6,500 bases of DNA from a virus. The stretch lies in the UHGV virus genome UHGV-0235625. One strand, written 5' to 3'. The notes beneath the pieces are model-generated. The model searched no databases and was not told where the DNA came from. It worked only from the letters and a program-made list of their open reading frames with translations. Below are positions 4,319 to 6,500 of this stretch, piece by piece. Each line of letters begins with the position of its first letter. The first letter of the stretch is position 1. The position numbers and the translations under genes were made by a program.

Positions 4319-6500
4319 TCAATATGAGGTATAGAATTACGAGGAATAGTAGTTTTCTTAGTGATATCAAATCCAATACTACCAAGAATTTTATCACCAT
4401 TTTCGGAAGTCATAGCGAAGACATCATTAACATGATCGGGATTAACCAACAAGAAATCCTTAGACAGTTCAGGAGCCTGATCAAAAACACGGTTAATAAC
4501 GAAATTACGCATAGAACCACGGAACTCACCATGAACTTCATCAAAGGAAGAAATCAAATCCCAATAAGCACGCTGATAACCGAATACATTATTAATATTA
4601 GCAGGATTAACAGCATACGCTTGATAAGGACACAAATGCTTATACAACATAGGTTGATAACTAATGTTATTGAATTGCGGGAAATGCCAATCAAGCAGAT
4701 TCATACGAGTGAAATGAGGTGGTAAGAGCTGAGAATAATTCGCAGCAGGAACAACCGACATGACACCGAGAATATAACCATCTTCAGGACAATATTTGCG
4801 AATCACATGACGCATGCCAGACTGTAAAGAACCTTGACCAGCAAATGATCCAAGAGGATTACCATCAGTCGGAGTAGTCTGAGTAACCTTATAAACAGGA
4901 ATAGTATCAGAGATACCACCAAGGAACTCAGGCATCATAAGCTCGTCATAATCCAAATTAACATCAAACAAACCTTTTACAAGATTCTTATAACGAGGAG
5001 ACTGGCGAATACGAATCTCCAGAAAACGCTGAAGCGAATTCACATTACGGAAATCAGAAATACTAATACCGGAAGTAGCCATACCAATAAGGTTACGAAC
5101 TACATCAGCAGGAGCACTAGAAGACTTCATCTGAAAACCTGTAACAGTATCACCATCCTCAGCAGTCTCAAGTTGAGCAGTATAGGTAGTACCAGCAGCA
5201 TCACGAAAAGTAGCTTCACCAAGAGAAGTAATACCTACGAGAGGAGCAACACCAGACTGTGGAGACTGAAGAGCAGTAGTATAAGCATCAGGTTCCCAAT
5301 TAGCATAATGTAATTGATACTTATAAGAATCAGGACCACCTTCAACAGAAGGAACATAACGATTATATTCCGGCTTACCATCAACAATAAACGGATTATT
5401 ACGAATATCTCGACCGAACGCATTATAATACGCCTCATAAGCACGGAAAGGAAGTGCAGAAAGAGGTATAGGCGGTAACTTCCCAGAAGTATCAGAAACA
5501 AAAAACGGACAATTAGCTGCTTCAGGTTTCGTCCAAACGGCATTCGTAGTAACAAAACTAACATTAGAAAATACGCGTGTCGCCAAGGAAGTTAAAGCAT
5601 AAGTTTTTCCTGTCGGAACAGACACATGTTCAAACCATTGAGAAGTAGTTAACACAGAAGAATCTTCTGCCCAAGGCATAAAAAGCACAGCATAACCATT
5701 AGAAAACTCATCAGGACTATAAGAACCATCAAAGGTAAAAGTAATAATAGAACCTTTAACATTAGCTTCAGACGGATACAAGAAGGAACTGTCATCAGAA
5801 TCTAAACCTTTATAAATCGCAAGAGCGCCAATTTCATTGATAATAGAAAGAGCATTAGAAGAAAACGCAGAAAAGTCAAAGCTTAAACTGAGAGCATCAA
5901 CCGAACCAAACGAAACAGAAGATAATGGCATAACAAAAGCATTATACCCTGTTTTTAAATCAGATGCAGTACGAGCAGAAAACTTAGAAGTAAAACTGGC
6001 CGAAGATTGAAGAAAGGCCTTTAAGTCCGCAGCAGTCCTAATAGAAGAAGCGTAATAGCCAGATTCGGATAATTTATCCGTATCCGGATTAACAACAGTG
6101 ATAGTAGGACTATTATTATAATCAACAACAGAAGTAGCACCATAAGTACCAGTTATCGTAGTTGGAACACCAAGATAATCAGCAAGAGTACCAGTCTGCA
6201 AATCATCAGCAATAGAAAAAGAAGAAGAATTAGTAAGACTACGAGGATCCATCCAAGGCGGAGTAACAGTTTCATCACCACCAAAGAAACTCATCCAATC
6301 TTTCCAAATAGTACGAGTACGAACATAAACAAAGTGTAAACGCACATAGAGTTGGGTCTGGATAGGGAACACAGTAGGAAGCAATTGGAGATTGAAACGA
6401 GCATTGATCTGAAACGAATCACCAAAGCTTACAGGCAAACAACAAACAGGCGTAATAGCACCAAATTTCATTGTGAGGTTATTCACAAATGACAAATCAA
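4315..6500 (-). CDS. VP1: Major capsid protein VP1 (phiX174 F-like jelly-roll), main body. The true N-terminus is at 58..1 across the circular junction, giving a full length of about 747 aa.
   Basis: This is the 726-aa ORF; the track's first 'M' is a TTG. Microviridae VP1 hallmarks are present: KFGAITPVCCLPVSFGDSFQIN (compare Chlamydia-phage VP1 KTTFDAGYLIPIFCDEVLPGDTF), an internal Ser/Thr-rich insertion, and a C-terminal conserved block. The stop is at 4315..4317. Confidence 0.92.
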   Translation of the reverse strand, partial: DLSFVNNLTMKFGAITPVCCLPVSFGDSFQINARFNLQLLPTVFPIQTQLYVRLHFVYVRTRTIWKDWMSFFGGDETVTPPWMDPRSLTNSSSFSIADDLQTGTLADYLGVPTTITGTYGATSVVDYNNSPTITVVNPDTDKLSESGYYASSIRTAADLKAFLQSSASFTSKFSARTASDLKTGYNAFVMPLSSVSFGSVDALSLSFDFSAFSSNALSIINEIGALAIYKGLDSDDSSFLYPSEANVKGSIITFTFDGSYSPDEFSNGYAVLFMPWAEDSSVLTTSQWFEHVSVPTGKTYALTSLATRVFSNVSFVTTNAVWTKPEAANCPFFVSDTSGKLPPIPLSALPFRAYEAYYNAFGRDIRNNPFIVDGKPEYNRYVPSVEGGPDSYKYQLHYANWEPDAYTTALQSPQSGVAPLVGITSLGEATFRDAAGTTYTAQLETAEDGDTVTGFQMKSSSAPADVVRNLIGMATSGISISDFRNVNSLQRFLEIRIRQSPRYKNLVKGLFDVNLDYDELMMPEFLGGISDTIPVYKVTQTTPTDGNPLGSFAGQGSLQSGMRHVIRKYCPEDGYILGVMSVVPAANYSQLLPPHFTRMNLLDWHFPQFNNISYQPMLYKHLCPYQAYAVNPANINNVFGYQRAYWDLISSFDEVHGEFRGSMRNFVINRVFDQAPELSKDFLLVNPDHVNDVFAMTSENGDKILGSIGFDITKKTTIPRNSIPHIE

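Noticed and set aside
1-6500. phiX174-type viral-strand origin 30-mer (CAACTTGATATTAATAAC...) and CRISPR or other tandem repeats
   Set aside because: No close match was found by eye on either strand. Only partial ttgatat or aatatcag fragments are present. No direct-repeat arrays are present.

Overview
The window looks like a complete, circularly permuted ssDNA Microviridae genome of about 6.5 kb. All credible genes are on the minus strand. They are tightly packed, with overlapping stop/start codons (ATGA, TAATG).

Gene order on the minus strand, reading from high to low coordinates:
- Rolling-circle replication initiator (VP4/gpA-like, 464 aa; motifs FITLTY, HYHLILW, YCMKYMRK).
- Three small ORFs of 59-74 aa. 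The last is a predicted N-terminally membrane-anchored protein.
- Major capsid protein VP1, an F-like jelly-roll protein. Its first 19 codons lie at positions 58..1 and continue in frame across the window boundary into 6500..4315. This gives a 747-aa protein with the canonical RSxFDLS...K(T)F N-terminus.
- A 105-aa ORF.
- VP2/DNA-pilot protein (371 aa; Gly-rich N-terminus and a NTPxxNIARLKAAGMNPDLMY motif).
- A possible Arg-rich 88-aa ORF.

One large non-coding region spans 2070-2538. It carries a sharply GC-rich block at 2105-2288 made of several stable hairpins, plus further small hairpins at 2379-2434.

No Shine-Dalgarno sequences precede any start codon. The genome is AT-rich with strongly T-ending codons. 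Together with the large VP1 (747 aa, with a Ser/Thr-rich insertion), this suggests a Bacteroidetes-infecting (Alpavirinae-like) microvirus. No rRNA, tRNA, CRISPR, integrase or transposase is visible.
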